A stretch of 64,000 nucleotides of DNA from Chiloscyllium plagiosum. Its lineage: Eukaryota. Under the pieces are notes generated by a model, which worked only from the letters and a program-made list of their open reading frames with translations, was not told where the DNA came from and ran no database searches. The stretch spans positions 1,032,265 through 1,096,264 of the forward strand of contig NC_057756.1 of the NCBI RefSeq assembly GCF_004010195.1. Direction: 5' to 3'. The position numbers were made by a program, and so were the translations under genes. Shown here in pieces: positions 1 through 13,197 of the stretch. Each line of letters starts with the position of its first letter. Positions within the stretch are counted from its first letter, which is position 1.

Positions 1-390
1 AAGACCATTGAAGATTGATTTGCGATTGGCAGGAAAATCAAAGGTGAATAGACGGCAGTGGGAAATTCAAAACCTAAACAGATCAGGCATGATGGAGCAA
101 AGTTGAGTGATCATTTCAGTGCTTATAGTTGTTTATTGTTATGTTAAATTCATGGGGTATGGCTATTGCCAGTTAGGCTAACATTTATTGCCAATTGCTA
201 ACTTTCCTTCAGAAAGTGGTGGTGCTCTGTCTCATTGCTGCAGTCGGTATGAAATAGGTACACCAACAGTGATGTAAGGAAGAGAGTTTGAGGATTTTAT
301 ACATCAGTGTTCAAGGTATCTATTATTTTCTCACACTATTCAGAGCATGATGTACCTCTGGTTGCTAGTGGGAAGAAATTAGAACTTCAG

Positions 391-712
391 ATCATAGAGT
401 CATAGAGATGTATAGTATGGAACAAACCCTTCATTCCAACCCATCCATGCCGACCAGATATCCCAACCCAATCTAGTCCCACCTGCCAGCACCCGGCTCA
501 TATCCCTTCAAACCCTTCCTATTCATATACCCATTCAAATGCCTTTTAAGTGTTGTAATTGTACTAGCCTCCACCACTTCCTCTGGCAGTTCATTCCATA
601 CATGTACCACCCTCTGTGTGGAAAAAGTTGCCCCTTAGGTCCCTTTTATATCTTTTCCCTCTCACCCTAAACCTATGCCCTCTAGTTCTGGAATCCCTGA
701 AACCAGAGAAGA
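391..712 (-). mobile_element. CR1 3' end fragment
   Basis: catagagtcatagag tail. Close similarity to 2180-2460 and 26712-26997. Confidence 0.8.
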
Positions 713-1140
713 TTTAGTAGGACATTGCCCAAACCGAATAACATTAGGTCTCTGATAAGTTAAGCCTGCTCTCTCACAGAAAGCTGAGCGGATTGTATGC
801 ATTATACAAAACCAAGAGAGGTTGAGATATAGTTAATAGGAAAGTCCTTTTCCCCTTGGTTGAGAGCTCCTTTACGAGCGATGTAGGTTTACTGGGGATA
901 TGAAGGAAATTATTGCCACCCAGGAGTTGGCGCATTATCAGAGGGGCTCATTTCCTGGAAGTGTGCTGAAGCCAGCATGGAATCAAACAGCAAGGAAACA
1001 AACCCAACGGTCCAAGTGTTCCATGACAAACCAAATTTTCCAGATTATTCCCACTTTTCTGCATTTGGCCCATATTACTACAAAGCCTTTTGTGATTTGG
1101 ATCAGTACTTGAATACTTGTAACTGTTCTATCTACCCATA

Positions 1141-1760
1141 TGTTATGGACCAGACCAGACACCCTCAAAATTCTTTCAGAAGATAGCTTAGATCTTAACC
1201 TTTTCTTACTTTAAAGGTAGATGTGAAGTAGGTGTTCCAGTTGTGATGCAACAGGCCAAACCACTCAATGGTAAACAAAACATTATTTATTTAAGTACTA
1301 TAGTTAAAATACAAAAGAAAGAGGAATTTAGATTAACAACTATTGGAGCACTTAACTGAAAAATAGATACAGTACCTCTTAGGAATTAACTGTTCCTATA
1401 TACTAACAATATAGTAAACACACCCCTTGGAAAAATGTAAATTCAGATGCATTATTTCATGTCGTTCATCATCCAGAGAGCTTTCAGAAAAAGTCAGTTA
1501 TTAAACATTTACTGAAGCCTGTAAGCCTTTCAAACAACTTGCAACTACTACAGCTTAAAAAAAAGGTAGAAAGCCTGGTCTGGGAGAATTGGCCGCTCCC
1601 CTTCCATTGTTCCAAACACTTTTTTAAAAAAAAACCTAAAGGCTCTTAACCTATTGACCTAGGCTGGCCCCTGGCGCCATTTCAACGCTTCTGCCTTTAC
1701 AACCTCTCTTCAAAAAAAAAGCCCAGGTCAAAACTTTTTTAAAGTCACCACATCATCACA
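1141..1760 (-). repeat. 3' LTR of Gmr1-type element
   Basis: Termini tgttat...atcaca. Adjacent purine tract on the minus strand (agagagaggagg, 1761-1772). Colinear similarity to 12202-13140. Confidence 0.8.
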
Positions 1761-2179
1761 CCTCCTCTCTCTTTTAAAAAAAGAACCATCAAAATGCAAA
1801 GATGGCTTCATTTTAAAACCCTTTGTCTTATTCTGTTAGTGCACTGCAATACATATATGTTACATTGACTCTATGCTTGCAAGCATTCATTACGTTCTGT
1901 TGCAGTCTGTTCATTCCTGTCACGAAAAGCCTTTGTCTGTCTTAATCCAAGTTGCGACAATGTGTCGGCAATTGTTTTCTCATTGTCCCACTTGTATCAT
2001 TTTCAAATTGAATGACGGCAATAATAAGCTCCATCTAAGCAATCTGGAATTTTTGTCCTACAATTTCTTTGAAAACTTTATTGGGTTATGATTAGCATAC
2101 ACAGTTTTCTCTGACACGTTACTGGCAATATCAATGTTGAAATGTTGTAACACCAACATCAAGCTCAGGGTCTCCTCAA

Positions 2180-3545
2180 CCAAGGCATATTTCAGTCCAA
2201 CTCATCCATACCAACCAGATATCCCAACCCAATCTCGTCCTACCAGCAAGCACCTGGCCCATATTCCTCCTATTCGTATACCCATCCAGATGCCTTTTGA
2301 ATGTTGTAATTGTACTAGCCTCCACCACTTCCTCTGGCAGCTTATTCCATACATGTACCATCCTCTGTGAAAATGTTGCCCCTTAGGTCCCTTTTATGTA
2401 TCTTTTCCCTCTCACCCTAAACCTATACCCTTTAGTTTTGGACTCCCCTATCCGAGGGAAAAGACTTTGTCTATTTATCCTATCCATGCCTGTCATGATT
2501 TTATAAATCTCTATAAGGTCATCCCACAGTCTCCGATGCTCCAGGGAAAACAGCCCAGCCTATTCAACCTCTCCCTTTAGCTCAAATCCTCCAACCCTAG
2601 CAACATCCTCGCAAATCTTTTCTGAACCCTTTCAAGTTTTGCAGCATCCTTCCAGTAGGAAGGAGACCAGAATCGCACATGGTATTCCAAAGGTGGCCTA
2701 ACCAACATCCTACAACGTGAACTCCCAACACCTGTACCCAATACTCTGACCAATAAAAGAAAGCATACCAAATGTCGTCTTCACTATCGTACTTACCTGT
2801 GACTCTACTTTCGAGGAGCTATGAACCTGTACTCCAAAGTCTCTTTGTTCAGCAACACTCCCTAGAACCTTACCATTAAGTGAAGAAGTCGCGCTAAGAT
2901 GTGTGTTCCCAAAATGCAGAAACTTGCAGTTATCTAAATTGAACTCCCTCTGCCACTCCTCAGCCCATTGGCCCATCTGATCAAGATCCCTTTGGCGGCA
3001 CGGTGGCTCAGTGGTTAGCACTGCTGCCTCACAGCGCCAGAGACCAGGGTTCTAATCTAATCTAATCTAATCTGAAGTAACCTCCTTCACTGTCCACTGG
3101 ACCTTCAAGTTTGGTGTCATCTGCAAACTTTCTAACTACACCTTTTATGCTCTCATCCCAATCACTTGTAGAAATCACGAAAAGTAGTGGACCCAGCACC
3201 AATCCTTGCGGAACTCCACTGGTCACAAGCCTCCAGTCTGAAACACAACACTCCAGTCTGAAACACAACACTCCACCATCACCCTCTGTCTTCAACCTTT
3301 TGAGCCAGTTCTGTATCCAAATGCCTAGTTCTCCATGTATTCCATGAGATCAAGTCTTGCTAACCAGCCTCCCATGGGGAATCTTGTCGAATGCCTGACT
3401 GAAGTCCATATAGATCACATCTACTGCTCTGCCCTCATCAATCCTCTTTGTTACATCTTCAAAAAACTCAATCAAGTTTGTGAGACCTGATTTTCCACGC
3501 ACAAAGTCATGTTGACTATCCCGAATCAGTCTTTGCCTTTCCAAT
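2180..3545 (-). mobile_element. 5'-truncated CR1 LINE nested in the Gypsy RNase H region
   Basis: RT motifs DVIYMDFSQAFDKIPH, GVPQGLVLGPLLF, KFADDTK, plus CR1 3' UTR. Confidence 0.9.
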
Positions 3546-3811
3546 CTTCTTGTAACAGTACAGCACTGTACCCACATTACTCAGATAAGTAGCCACCCTG
3601 AATGGCTTTGCATGGTTAGGTGTAGCTAACACTGGGACATTGGTTAACATGGCATTCAGACTGTCAAATGCATTCTGACAGTCTGTCATCAACTGAAATT
3701 TTCTGCACTTCAAAAAGTATTCAATGGACCAACCACGCTACTAAAATCAGGTATGAATGTCTAACAATGCCCACTCAATCCCAGAAATTATAGAACTGTT
3801 TGCTTTGTTGA

Positions 3812-4379
3812 TTGGAAAAATATGGCGCTGAAAAAGCACAGCAGATCAGGCACTGTCCGAGGAGCAGGACAATCGATGTTTCGGGCATAAGACTTTTTTT
3901 AGGAATGATGAGTGGAGAGAAAGGGGCTAAGAGGTAAATAGGAGGGTTGGAGTGAGGTAGTTGGGAAGGCAATAGATAGATGCAGGTGGGGGGTGATGGT
4001 GATTAATCGGAGGAGAGGGTGGTGAGGATAGGTGGGAAGGAAGATGGACAGTTCAAGAAGGTGGTGCTGAGTTGGAGAGTTCAATCTAGGATGAGGTTGG
4101 GGAAGGGAAGATTCCCCCCCCCCCCCCACCTTCATTTACCTCTCACTTCTCGGCTGTCTCACCCCACCTTCAACCTCCTATTTATGTCTCACTCCTTCCC
4201 TCTTCCCCCCCCCCCCCCCACCCCCCCTCCACCGCCACCCCTCTCCTCCATACTCCTGATGGAGGGGGTATGGCTGAAATGTTGATTCTGCTGCTCCTCA
4301 GATGCTGTCTGACCTGCTTTGCTTTTCCAGCACCACACTTTTTGACTTTGATCTCCAGCATCTGCTGTCCTCACCGTCT
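3812..4379. mobile_element. Fold-back Penelope-like insertion nested in the Gypsy RT/RH
   Basis: Inverted arms of the 55527-type family. TSD ctttgttga at 3803-3811 and 4380-4388. Confidence 0.8.
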
Positions 4380-4784
4380 CTTTGTTGAATGTATGGGAAA
4401 CTCCCCAGTAACCTTTGTTTTCATATTTTGAGGGGTCATCTGTACATGTCTGATAATGTGGCCCAGGACTGTGACTTGGGCTTTTGAAAATTCACCCTTA
4501 GCCAGGATTATCACCAAGCCTGCCTCCCAAAGGCAATTGAATAATTTTGATAAGTGCTGCCAGTTTTCCTTCCGTTTGTGACTAAAAATCACCAGGTTGT
4601 CGATGTATGCCCCACAACTGGGTCATCCAGAAATAACTTCATTGGTTAGTCTTTGAAATGTGGTTGAGGCACTTTTTATATCAATTGGCATGACTCTAAG
4701 TTGGTATAGTCCATTCGTTGTCATGAAAGCTGAAATTGTCTTTGCTGTTTCAGATAAAGGTACTTGCCAGTTTCCCCTGAGTAA

Positions 4785-4963
4785 GAGTCAAAAAATGTGG
4801 CATTGGAAAATAACAGCAGATTAGGCAGCATCTCAATCCTGATGAAGGGCTTATGCCCAAAATGTTGACTGTTCTGCTTCTCTCATGCTACCTGACATGC
4901 TGTGCTTTTCCAGTGCCATGTTTCAACTCTGATCTCTAACATTTACAGTCCTCACTTTCTCCT
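4785..4963. mobile_element. Short fold-back Penelope-like insertion nested in the Gypsy RT
   Basis: Inverted arms, degenerate ctgatgaagggcttatgccc core. TSD ctgagtaa at 4777-4784 and 4964-4971. Confidence 0.78.
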
Positions 4964-5664
4964 CTGAGTAAATCCTACTGAGAAAGGTATGTTACTTGTC
5001 CCACCTCCTCAATACAGTTTTCCAAATGTGGAATAGGATATGATTCAGACTTTGTAACTGCAATTATGTTTTGATAGTCCACACACAACCATTGGGTAAC
5101 GTCCAGTTTTGGCACCATTGCTATGGGTGAGATCCAGTCACTGCAATTCACTTCAATTATATCGTCTTGGAGCATGTGTTCAATCTCTTTTTGAACCTGT
5201 GCCCAATTTGGAGGGTTTTGTCTATAAGGATGTTGCTGAACTGGAACATCATTTACAAACCTACATCATGCGTCATTACTTCAGAACTTGCTAAATAATT
5301 TGCACATCTCACAATGCAATAGTAACAACTCTCTTGGTCATTTTGAGTTTCCTTTGGAAGGTAGCTAAATAATTTATCCCAATTTTTAGGAACTTCCACA
5401 TTGTCCAATATAATTTGAGGAATGTCCAATTCGGAGTCCTCTGAATTTGGTTCTTCACTCTGTAGCCAGTAAACCATTCTTGCTTTGGTTTCCTTCCATT
5501 CAATTTACCTTTTGAGCATATTCCCATGAAACGCTGTGAGATTTCTTTCTATCTGGAATTCATTTCAAATAATTCACCTCACTCGATCTCCATTTTATTT
5601 GATACTGTCCACTAACCTTGGCTTTTAAAGGTTTACCTATCACTGGAAGTCATACTAACATTTT

Positions 5665-6107
5665 GAGAGTGTGCAGAGGAGATTTACCAGGATGCTGCGT
5701 GGATTGCAGGGCTTGTCTTATGAAGAGAGGTTGAGTGAGCTAAGGATTTTCACTCTCGACAGGAGAAGGAAGCGATGTGACTTGAGAGGTGTACAAAGTA
5801 ATGAGAGACATAGATTGAGTAGATAGCCAGAGACTTTTCCCTATGACAGAAATGGCTGGAACAAGGGGTTATAATTTAAACATGATTGGAGGAAGGTATA
5901 AGGACAATGTCACAGGTAGGGCCTTTAAGCAGAGACTGGTGTGTGCATGGTAGTAGTAGAGTCAGGAACATTTAAGCAACTGCTGGTCAAACGTATGGGT
6001 TGTAAATTGAGGGTTGTGTCAGTTAGATTGATCTTAGATTAAGATAAATGCTTGGCACAACATCGTGGGCAAATGGACCTGTACTGTGCTGCACTGTCTA
6101 TGTTCTA
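5665..6107 (+). mobile_element. CR1 3' fragment nested in the Gypsy
   Basis: agagtgcagaggagatttaccaggatgctg ([10 protein letters not shown]) through the 3' UTR and ctatgttctat tail. Confidence 0.8.
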
Positions 6108-7344
6108 TTACCAAAATTGTGAATTTCTAATTTCTTGTCTGCTGCCTGTTTCATCATATGCTGTGCTGCTTTTAAATGCTGTCTAACCAACTCTCCTGCT
6201 CTATTTAATTGTTCCCTCAGGTTTGAAAAATAGTCCAAATATATGATCTTTGAACTCTGACTAACCAATTTCTCCTCAATTAATTTTAGTGGTGATCTTA
6301 CCTCATGCCCAAAACTAATTCAAATGAGCTAATTCAAATTCATTTAGTGCATTGCTAATTGCAAATAGTACAATCAGAATTCCTTTATCTCAATTGGTTA
6401 GATTGTTTTGACTATCAGCCCTCAACATGGTCTTTGAAATTTGATGCCAATTTTCTAATGCTCCCTGCAATTCTGGATGGTACACAGTGGATTGAAAGTG
6501 TTTTATTCCTAAATGATAAATAACTTCACTAAATACTTTTGCCATAAGAGTTGACCCTTTATCTAACTGTATCTCTGTGGGTAGTACATATCTTGTGAAA
6601 AATCTGTGTAACTCTTCCATAATCCCTTTTGCTGTGATATTGCTCAATAGAATGGTCTTTAGAAATCTCATGGATGCATCCATTATTGTCAACAAATACT
6701 GATTCCTACTTTTTGTTTTAGGTGGGGGTACGATGCAATCAATTGTAAAAGGTTCATCAAATGCAGAGGGAGTTGTAAGGGTGCTAGTTTTATCATTGCC
6801 TGCGGTTTTCCAATTACCTGACAGATGTGACACGACTGGCAAAATTCCACGACATCCTTTAGCAGTCCAGGGCAGTAAAAATAATTTTGTATTTTGGTTT
6901 GAGTTTTTCTTCTGCCTAAATGACCAATTGGTAATTCATGTGCTTCCTGTAACACCTCTTTTCTATAACCCACTGGTAGTACACCTTGATGAACTTCAAC
7001 CCATTTGTATAACCCACTGATAATACAACTCAATGAACTTCTGCCCATTTCTCACCTACCTGAATGTATGATAGTCTCCATTTCCTTATCAAGTCATTTT
7101 TTTAAAGATAGTAACATTCAAGAATGCACTCAGGTTCTTCTGTGTGTGATTTTAGATATAATTGCTTTAGTTAAGCATCTTTCTGTTGTAACTGAGTTAA
7201 TTTCTCTGCACTAAAAATATCCAGTTTGTCCTCAATCTGTTCTTGTTTTGTCTTAGCTATGCAGTCAAACATGGTCTCTGATAATTCTACTTCAACTCCC
7301 TTATCTCTACCATTTGGTTTCTCCTCCTGCTTCAACCTGTGTGA

Positions 7345-8622
7345 GAACATAGAACAGTGCAGCACAGAAGAGGCCATTTGGCCCATGATGTTGTGCCAAG
7401 GTTTAATCCTAATGTAAAATATAGCAACTTAATCTATGCACCCCTCAACTCACTGCTATCCATGTGCATGTCCAGCAGTCGCTTAAATGTCCCCAATCAC
7501 TCTGCTTCCACCACCACAGCTGGCAATGCATTCACAACTCTCTGCAGAAAGAACCTACCTCTGACGTCTCCTTTATACCTTCCTCCTGATTATATTCAAA
7601 CTATGACTCCTCGTACCAGTCAATCCTCCCCTGGTGAAAAGTTTCTGGCTATTCACTCTATCTATTCCACTCATGATTTTGTATACTTCGATCAGGTCTC
7701 CTCCTTCCTCCTTCCTCCTTCTCTCCAGAGAGAAAAGTCCCAGCTTATTCAACTTTTCTTCATAAGGCAAGCCCTCCAGTCAAGGCAGCACCCTGGTAAA
7801 TCTTCTTTGCACCCTCTCCAAAGCCTGTGTATCTTTTCTATAGTAGGGCAACCAGAACTGGACACAATATTCCAAGTGTGATCTCACCAGGGACTTGTAG
7901 GGTGCAGCAAAACATGGCAGCTCTTAAACTCAATTCCCTCCATTTATGAAAGCCAAAACACCATATGCTTTCTTAACAACCCTATCCACTTGGGTGGCAA
8001 CTTTGAGGGATCATGTACTTGCACACCCACATCCCTCTGTTCCTCCACACTGCCAAGAATCCTGTCTTTAATCCTAATTCAGTGTTCGAGTTCAACCTTC
8101 CAAAATGCATCACTTCATATTTAACCAGGTTGAACTCCATCTGCCATTTCTCAGCCCAGCTCTGCATCCTGTCTATGTCATGTTGCAGCCTGCAGTAGCC
8201 CTCTATACTATCAACGACACCTCCAACCTTTGTGTCTTCTGCAAATTTACTAAACCACCCCTCAACCTCCTCATCCAAGTCATTTATAAAAACGACAAAG
8301 AGCAGAGGCCCAAGAACAGAGCCCTGCAGGACCCCACTCAACACTGATTTCCAGGCAGAATACTTTCCATCTACAACCACTCTCTGCCTTCTGTCAGCCA
8401 ACCATTTCTGAATCCAGATAGCCAAATCTCTCTGTATCCCATACTTCCTGACTTTATGAATGAGCCTACCCTGGAGAACCTTATCAAATGCCTTCCTGGA
8501 GTCCATATAGACCACATCCACTGCTCGATCTTCATTGACCTGTTTTGATACCTCCTCAAAGAACTCAATAAGATTTATGAGGCATGACCTGCCCCTCACA
8601 ATGCCATGCTGACTGCCTTTGC
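7345..8622 (-). mobile_element. 5'-truncated CR1 LINE nested in the Gypsy
   Basis: 220-aa RT fragment (7982-8644), LGLFSLERRR, 3' gaacatagaac tail. Confidence 0.9.
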
Positions 8623-10169
8623 CATGTTGTGACCTTGTTATCACAGAGTCAGGAAAAATCCCAGGATATATTTCCTGTAATACCTCAGATACCTAATTTT
8701 CTAGTGGATTTTCAAAAACAGTAGTCATCATTCCTGTCTGTGACCCAACTGTATCATCACCAAAAACAAACTGTACTCCTGACGCCAGTTCTCCACTTTT
8801 CACCAAGCACTCCAACTTCACTTTATATAATGGAGCACTTTTCATCTCACTAGGAATTCCACATAGGAACACCATTTTTTTGCAATAGTCCTTCTGAATG
8901 GCATATCTCCTCATCCCTCAACAATTAGTTTGCCATGATCCCTTATCTCTTAAAACAGTACTTTCTTTACCACCTCCTTTTGGCATCTGTAAATAAACCT
9001 TACCCTCACAAGCAAATGTATTAAGAAGATCTGGCACTTTTTTCTCAACTAACCTTTGACTAGGTAGTACATTCTGGTGCAGCTCTTTTGCCACCACTGT
9101 GTAGTCCTTTACTGGTTCCACAAAAGTCACTGGCTTATCATGTTTTCCTACATCCATCTTCCCAGTGCTTTTTCTAAACCACTGCAACTTTGTATGGCTT
9201 ACTTTATTGCACTGAAAACACCTCAGCCTTTTAATTTCTCTTTGTGTTCATGGGTTTCCTTTTTTAGTTTGTGGTAAGCTGTCTTTCCTATCTTAAATGA
9301 GATCTACTTTTCCCTGAGGATTTCTCTTTTCCCCAATTTCTATTACTCACAGATTGAAATTGATGCGAGAAGCCAAAATTCATCTATGAACCAACTCATA
9401 ATCCTCAGGCATTTCAGTTGCTAATCTTGCTGTTTAACTCTCTGCTGTTCCACCTGACTTCTCATTATTTCAGAAAGTGAATTTTTGGCATCATCCAAAA
9501 TAATCGTCTCTTCCAAGACGATTGTTGGATCTATTTTTAATGCCTTTTCCAACCAATCAAAATTACTTGATTATTTCAAACTGAATGTATGTCTGACCAG
9601 GGTCCCTCCTTAGATTCCTGAAATGTTGTCTGTAGGCTTTTCACACAAGCTCACATGCACTTAAGGTGGCTTTCTTCACCTCCTGATTTACCCCAGATGC
9701 CTTCTCAGATAGTGATGCTAATTACTCACGAGCTCTTTCCATCAACATTGTTTGGATCATCATAGCCACAGATGGTCACCTGCTACTTCATTTGTTTAGC
9801 CCCTTTCTTAATTAAAATGAAAGAGGTTTCTGCATCCTTCCCATCAAATTTGGGCAATACTTGGGCATATTTAAACACATTCAAGAGTGCAGTGCTGGAA
9901 AAGTACAGCATCCAACGAACAGGAGAATTAATGTTTCAGGCATAAGCCCTTCATTTAAACCGATCCTGACTAGCTACAATGGGTTTGCTCATCATCACTA
10001 TCCTCCTCACTAACATTACCTTGTTCCTTCACATCCATCAACTTTCCTGTCTAATTACCAACTTCTGAAGTTCAAACTTTCTCTCTTTCAGGTTTTCTTC
10101 TTGCTCTTTCTCTCTTTCTTCTGCAAGGGTCTTCTCTTTTGTTCTGACAGAGTTATTCTTTCCTTTTAG

Positions 10170-11715
10170 AGTGAAAGATTACTACACCATGCAGACAGAA
10201 CCATTGGCCCAAACTGGTCCATACTAACCAAAATGTCTGTCCACGCTAACACTATTTCCCTTCACTTGACCCAAACCCTTCAAAACCACTCCTATGCATG
10301 TATTTGTCCATATCCCTTTTAAATATTGTTAGTATACCTGCATCAACCACTTCTGCTGGCAGCTCTTTCCATATGTGCACGATTCTCTGCATAAAAATGT
10401 TTCCCCTCAGGTTCTTATTCATTCTTTCCCCATTAACCTTAAACTGGTGCCCTCTGGTCCTTGATTTCTCAACCCTAGAAAACAAAAGACTGAGTGCATT
10501 CACACTATCCATGTTTTTCATGATTTCACACTTCAATAAGATTATACCACATTCTCCTACATTCAAAAGAAGAAAGACTCAGCTCGTCTAATTTCTCCCT
10601 ACAATTGCAGACCATTGAGTCCAAGCAACATCGTTGGAAATTTCTTCTGAACTTTTTCCTGTTTAATAACATCATCCACATAGCAATGTGACTAAAACTG
10701 AACACAATACTCCAAGTATGGCCTCACCAACTTCCTGTGTGACTGCATCATAACTTCCCAACTTCAATACTCAATGCCCTGAATGACGAAGGCCAGTATG
10801 CCAATTGCGTTATTCTGCCAAAAAACTTTTCAAAATGCAAGACCTGATACTTATTTATATTAAATTCCATTTGTCGTTTCTCACCCCGCTTCCTCAGCTG
10901 ATCAAGGTCCTGTTGCAATTTCTGTTAACCCTCTTCAATGTGTATGATACCTCCTATTTTTGTGTCATCTGCAATCTTACAAATCATGCCTTTTGCATTC
11001 TCATCCAAATCATTGGTATAGATAACAAACAGCAATAGGATCATCGCTGACCCCTGAGTCACAAGCCTCCAGTTTAACAAGCATCATTCCACTATTACCC
11101 GCCCACCCTAATCAACCTTCCTGGCCACTTCATCAAAGAATTCTATCAAATCTGTGAGGCATTATCACCCAAACACAAAACCACGCTGATTATTCATATT
11201 CAAGCTCTGTCTTTCCAAATGCATGTATGCCATATCTCTCATAATCTTGTCAAGTAACATATCTATCACAGATGTTAGCCTTACTGGTCTATAGTTCCCA
11301 GGTTTGTTTTTTCAGTCCTTCTTGAATAAGGGCTCAACATTAGCTAAACTCCTGTCTTCCAGGATCTCACCCATGGCTGACAGTGATGCAAAAATATCAG
11401 CCACAGCCCCCACAATTTCTTCTCTCATCTCTTGCAGTGTTCTAAGATACATCTGGTCATGACCAGGACATTTATCCACCTTCATATATTCTAATACATT
11501 CGATATCTCCTCTAATGTGATATTGACTGTCCCCAAGATATGATCACTAACTTGCCCAAGTTCCCAAGTCTTCATGTCTTTTTTCCCATGGTAAATACAG
11601 AGAATAAATATTCATTGAGGACTTTACCCATCTCCCGTAGTTCTAAACACACATCACCACTTTGGTCCTTGAGAGGTTCCAATTTCTCTCTGGTTATTCT
11701 TTTGTTTTCCTTTAA
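10170..11715 (-). mobile_element. Degenerate CR1 LINE nested in the Gypsy gag
   Basis: KCPGHDQMY...ANVEPLFKK (11312-11575) and SRTRGHQFKV (10252-10566). Confidence 0.85.
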
Positions 11716-12180
11716 TATACTTAAAGAACTTTTTTTTTCTTTTTGTTCTAACAGGGCAATTGTTTCTTTTTCATTTTCTCCTACTTTTAATCATAATTCA
11801 AACTGTTCCAGTTCCTTTTCATGTTCAAGCTGCTTCATCTGCAATTGGATTCTCCCCATTTCCAAAGATTCCGTTGACACTTCTGGAAAAATTAAATGTT
11901 GAGTTTTGCTGCAATTACCTCCCCTATTCTCACAGATGAAGGCTACTCCAAGCTTGTCTGTCAATTCCAACAGCTTTGCCTTGCTCACTTTTTGTAAAAC
12001 TCCCAAAGTTACTTTTTCCACCACCAGAATACTGTCAATGATTGAAAGAGGTATAACTACATAACACATGCCCCGTTTAAACCAATTGAAATCTGCAATT
12101 GAAACAAAAAATGCTTACACCTAACACTCGCCACCATTGGATCCAACCACCATAAACCCAAACTGGAATAATAGACCTAT

Positions 12181-12198
12181 ATTTCGGATGAGCCCCCA
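12181..12198 (-). promoter_or_regulatory. Primer-binding site complementary to the tRNA-Pro 3' end
   Basis: Minus strand TGGGGGCTCATCCGAAAT versus canonical tRNA-Pro PBS TGGGGGCTCGTCCGGGAT (15/18), immediately inside the 5' LTR. Confidence 0.8.
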
Positions 12199-12201
12199 GT
12201 T

Positions 12202-13140
12202 CATTGTGGGCCAGATCAGACACCCTCAAAATACTTTAAGAATGTAGCCCAGTACATTTTAGAATGCATACAGTGTGGAAACAGGCCCTTCATCCCAACA
12301 AGTCCACACCTACCCTCCATAGAGTAATTCACCAAGACCTGTTCCCTTACATTTACCCCCTGACTAATGCATCAATCCCTGAACACTGTGGACAATTTAG
12401 TATGGCCAATTTACCTAAACGGCACATCTTTGGATTGTGGAAGAAAGCTGGCGAACCTGGTGGAAACCAACATAGACACAGGGAGAATGTGTAAACTCCA
12501 CACAGACTGAGGTCTGAGGCTGGAATTGAACCCAGATCTCTAGTGCTGTGAAGCAATCGTCCGATCCACTGAGCCACTGTGCCTCACTTTGTTTTCTGAT
12601 TTTAGAGGTAGATGTGAAGTGTGTGTTCCAGATGTGATGCAAGTTGTCAATCCACTCAACATTAAGCAAAACACAATTTATTTAAATGCAATAATTCAAA
12701 CACAAACAAAAGAAATGCTATTATAAAAACTTAACCGAATAATAGATACAGTAACCATAGCTAATTCCCGGTTTGAATATAGTAGTATTCTATAAACACG
12801 TCCCTTGGCAAATGGTGAATTCAGACATAGATTGTTGCATGGAGTTCAACATCGAGAGAGATTTCAGGGAATATCACAGTTAGGAATCATTTACTGAATT
12901 TTGCAACCATTCTGAGATCCAAACACTTTGCAACTGATGCAGCTAAAAAAACAGAACCTGATCTGAGAGAACTGGTCACTCTTTTTCCATTGTTATAACT
13001 GCTTTAAAAAAAGAAATAAATAATAATCTGTTGATTTCGGCTGGCTCCATAGCCACTTCAGCAACTCTATCTTGCTAACTCCTCTGTAAAAATAAAATCA
13101 CTGGACAAAATAGTGTTTTTGAAGTGACAGCTGCATCACA
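12202..13140 (-). repeat. 5' LTR of Gmr1-type element, interrupted by a V-SINE
   Basis: Shares blocks with the 3' LTR (ccaga.cagacaccctcaaaa, aggtagatgtgaagt..gtgttccag, catcaca end). PBS directly adjacent. Confidence 0.8.
12257..12585 (-). mobile_element. V-SINE (HE1-like) inserted in the 5' LTR
   Basis: Head and V-domain recognisable. Absent from the partner LTR. Confidence 0.85.
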
Positions 13141-13197
13141 TATTCTTCCACTCGTTCATTCCACATACAAACCACGCTTATGCAAAGAAAAAATGTC

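Larger units (their letters stand above)
1141..13140 (-). mobile_element. Full-length but decayed Gmr1-type Ty3/Gypsy LTR retrotransposon with many nested insertions
   Basis: Two related LTRs (1141-1760 and ~12202-13140), PBS 12181-12198 and PPT 1761-1772. Minus-strand remnants in order: gag (12069-9180, incl. CFQCNKVSH knuckle), protease-like VLRDKG (~8960), integrase (HLG..K...CQSCHICQ and core, 7048-6390), RT (WISPIAMVPK, LCVDY, YIDN; 5175-4371), RNase H (~3713-1950). Confidence 0.88.

Noticed and set aside
4019..4285. Proline-rich ORF and poly-C tracts
   Set aside because: Low-complexity interior of a Penelope fold-back insert.
7357..7881. 174-aa plus-strand ORF
   Set aside because: Antisense reading of a CR1 3' region; no independent protein signal.
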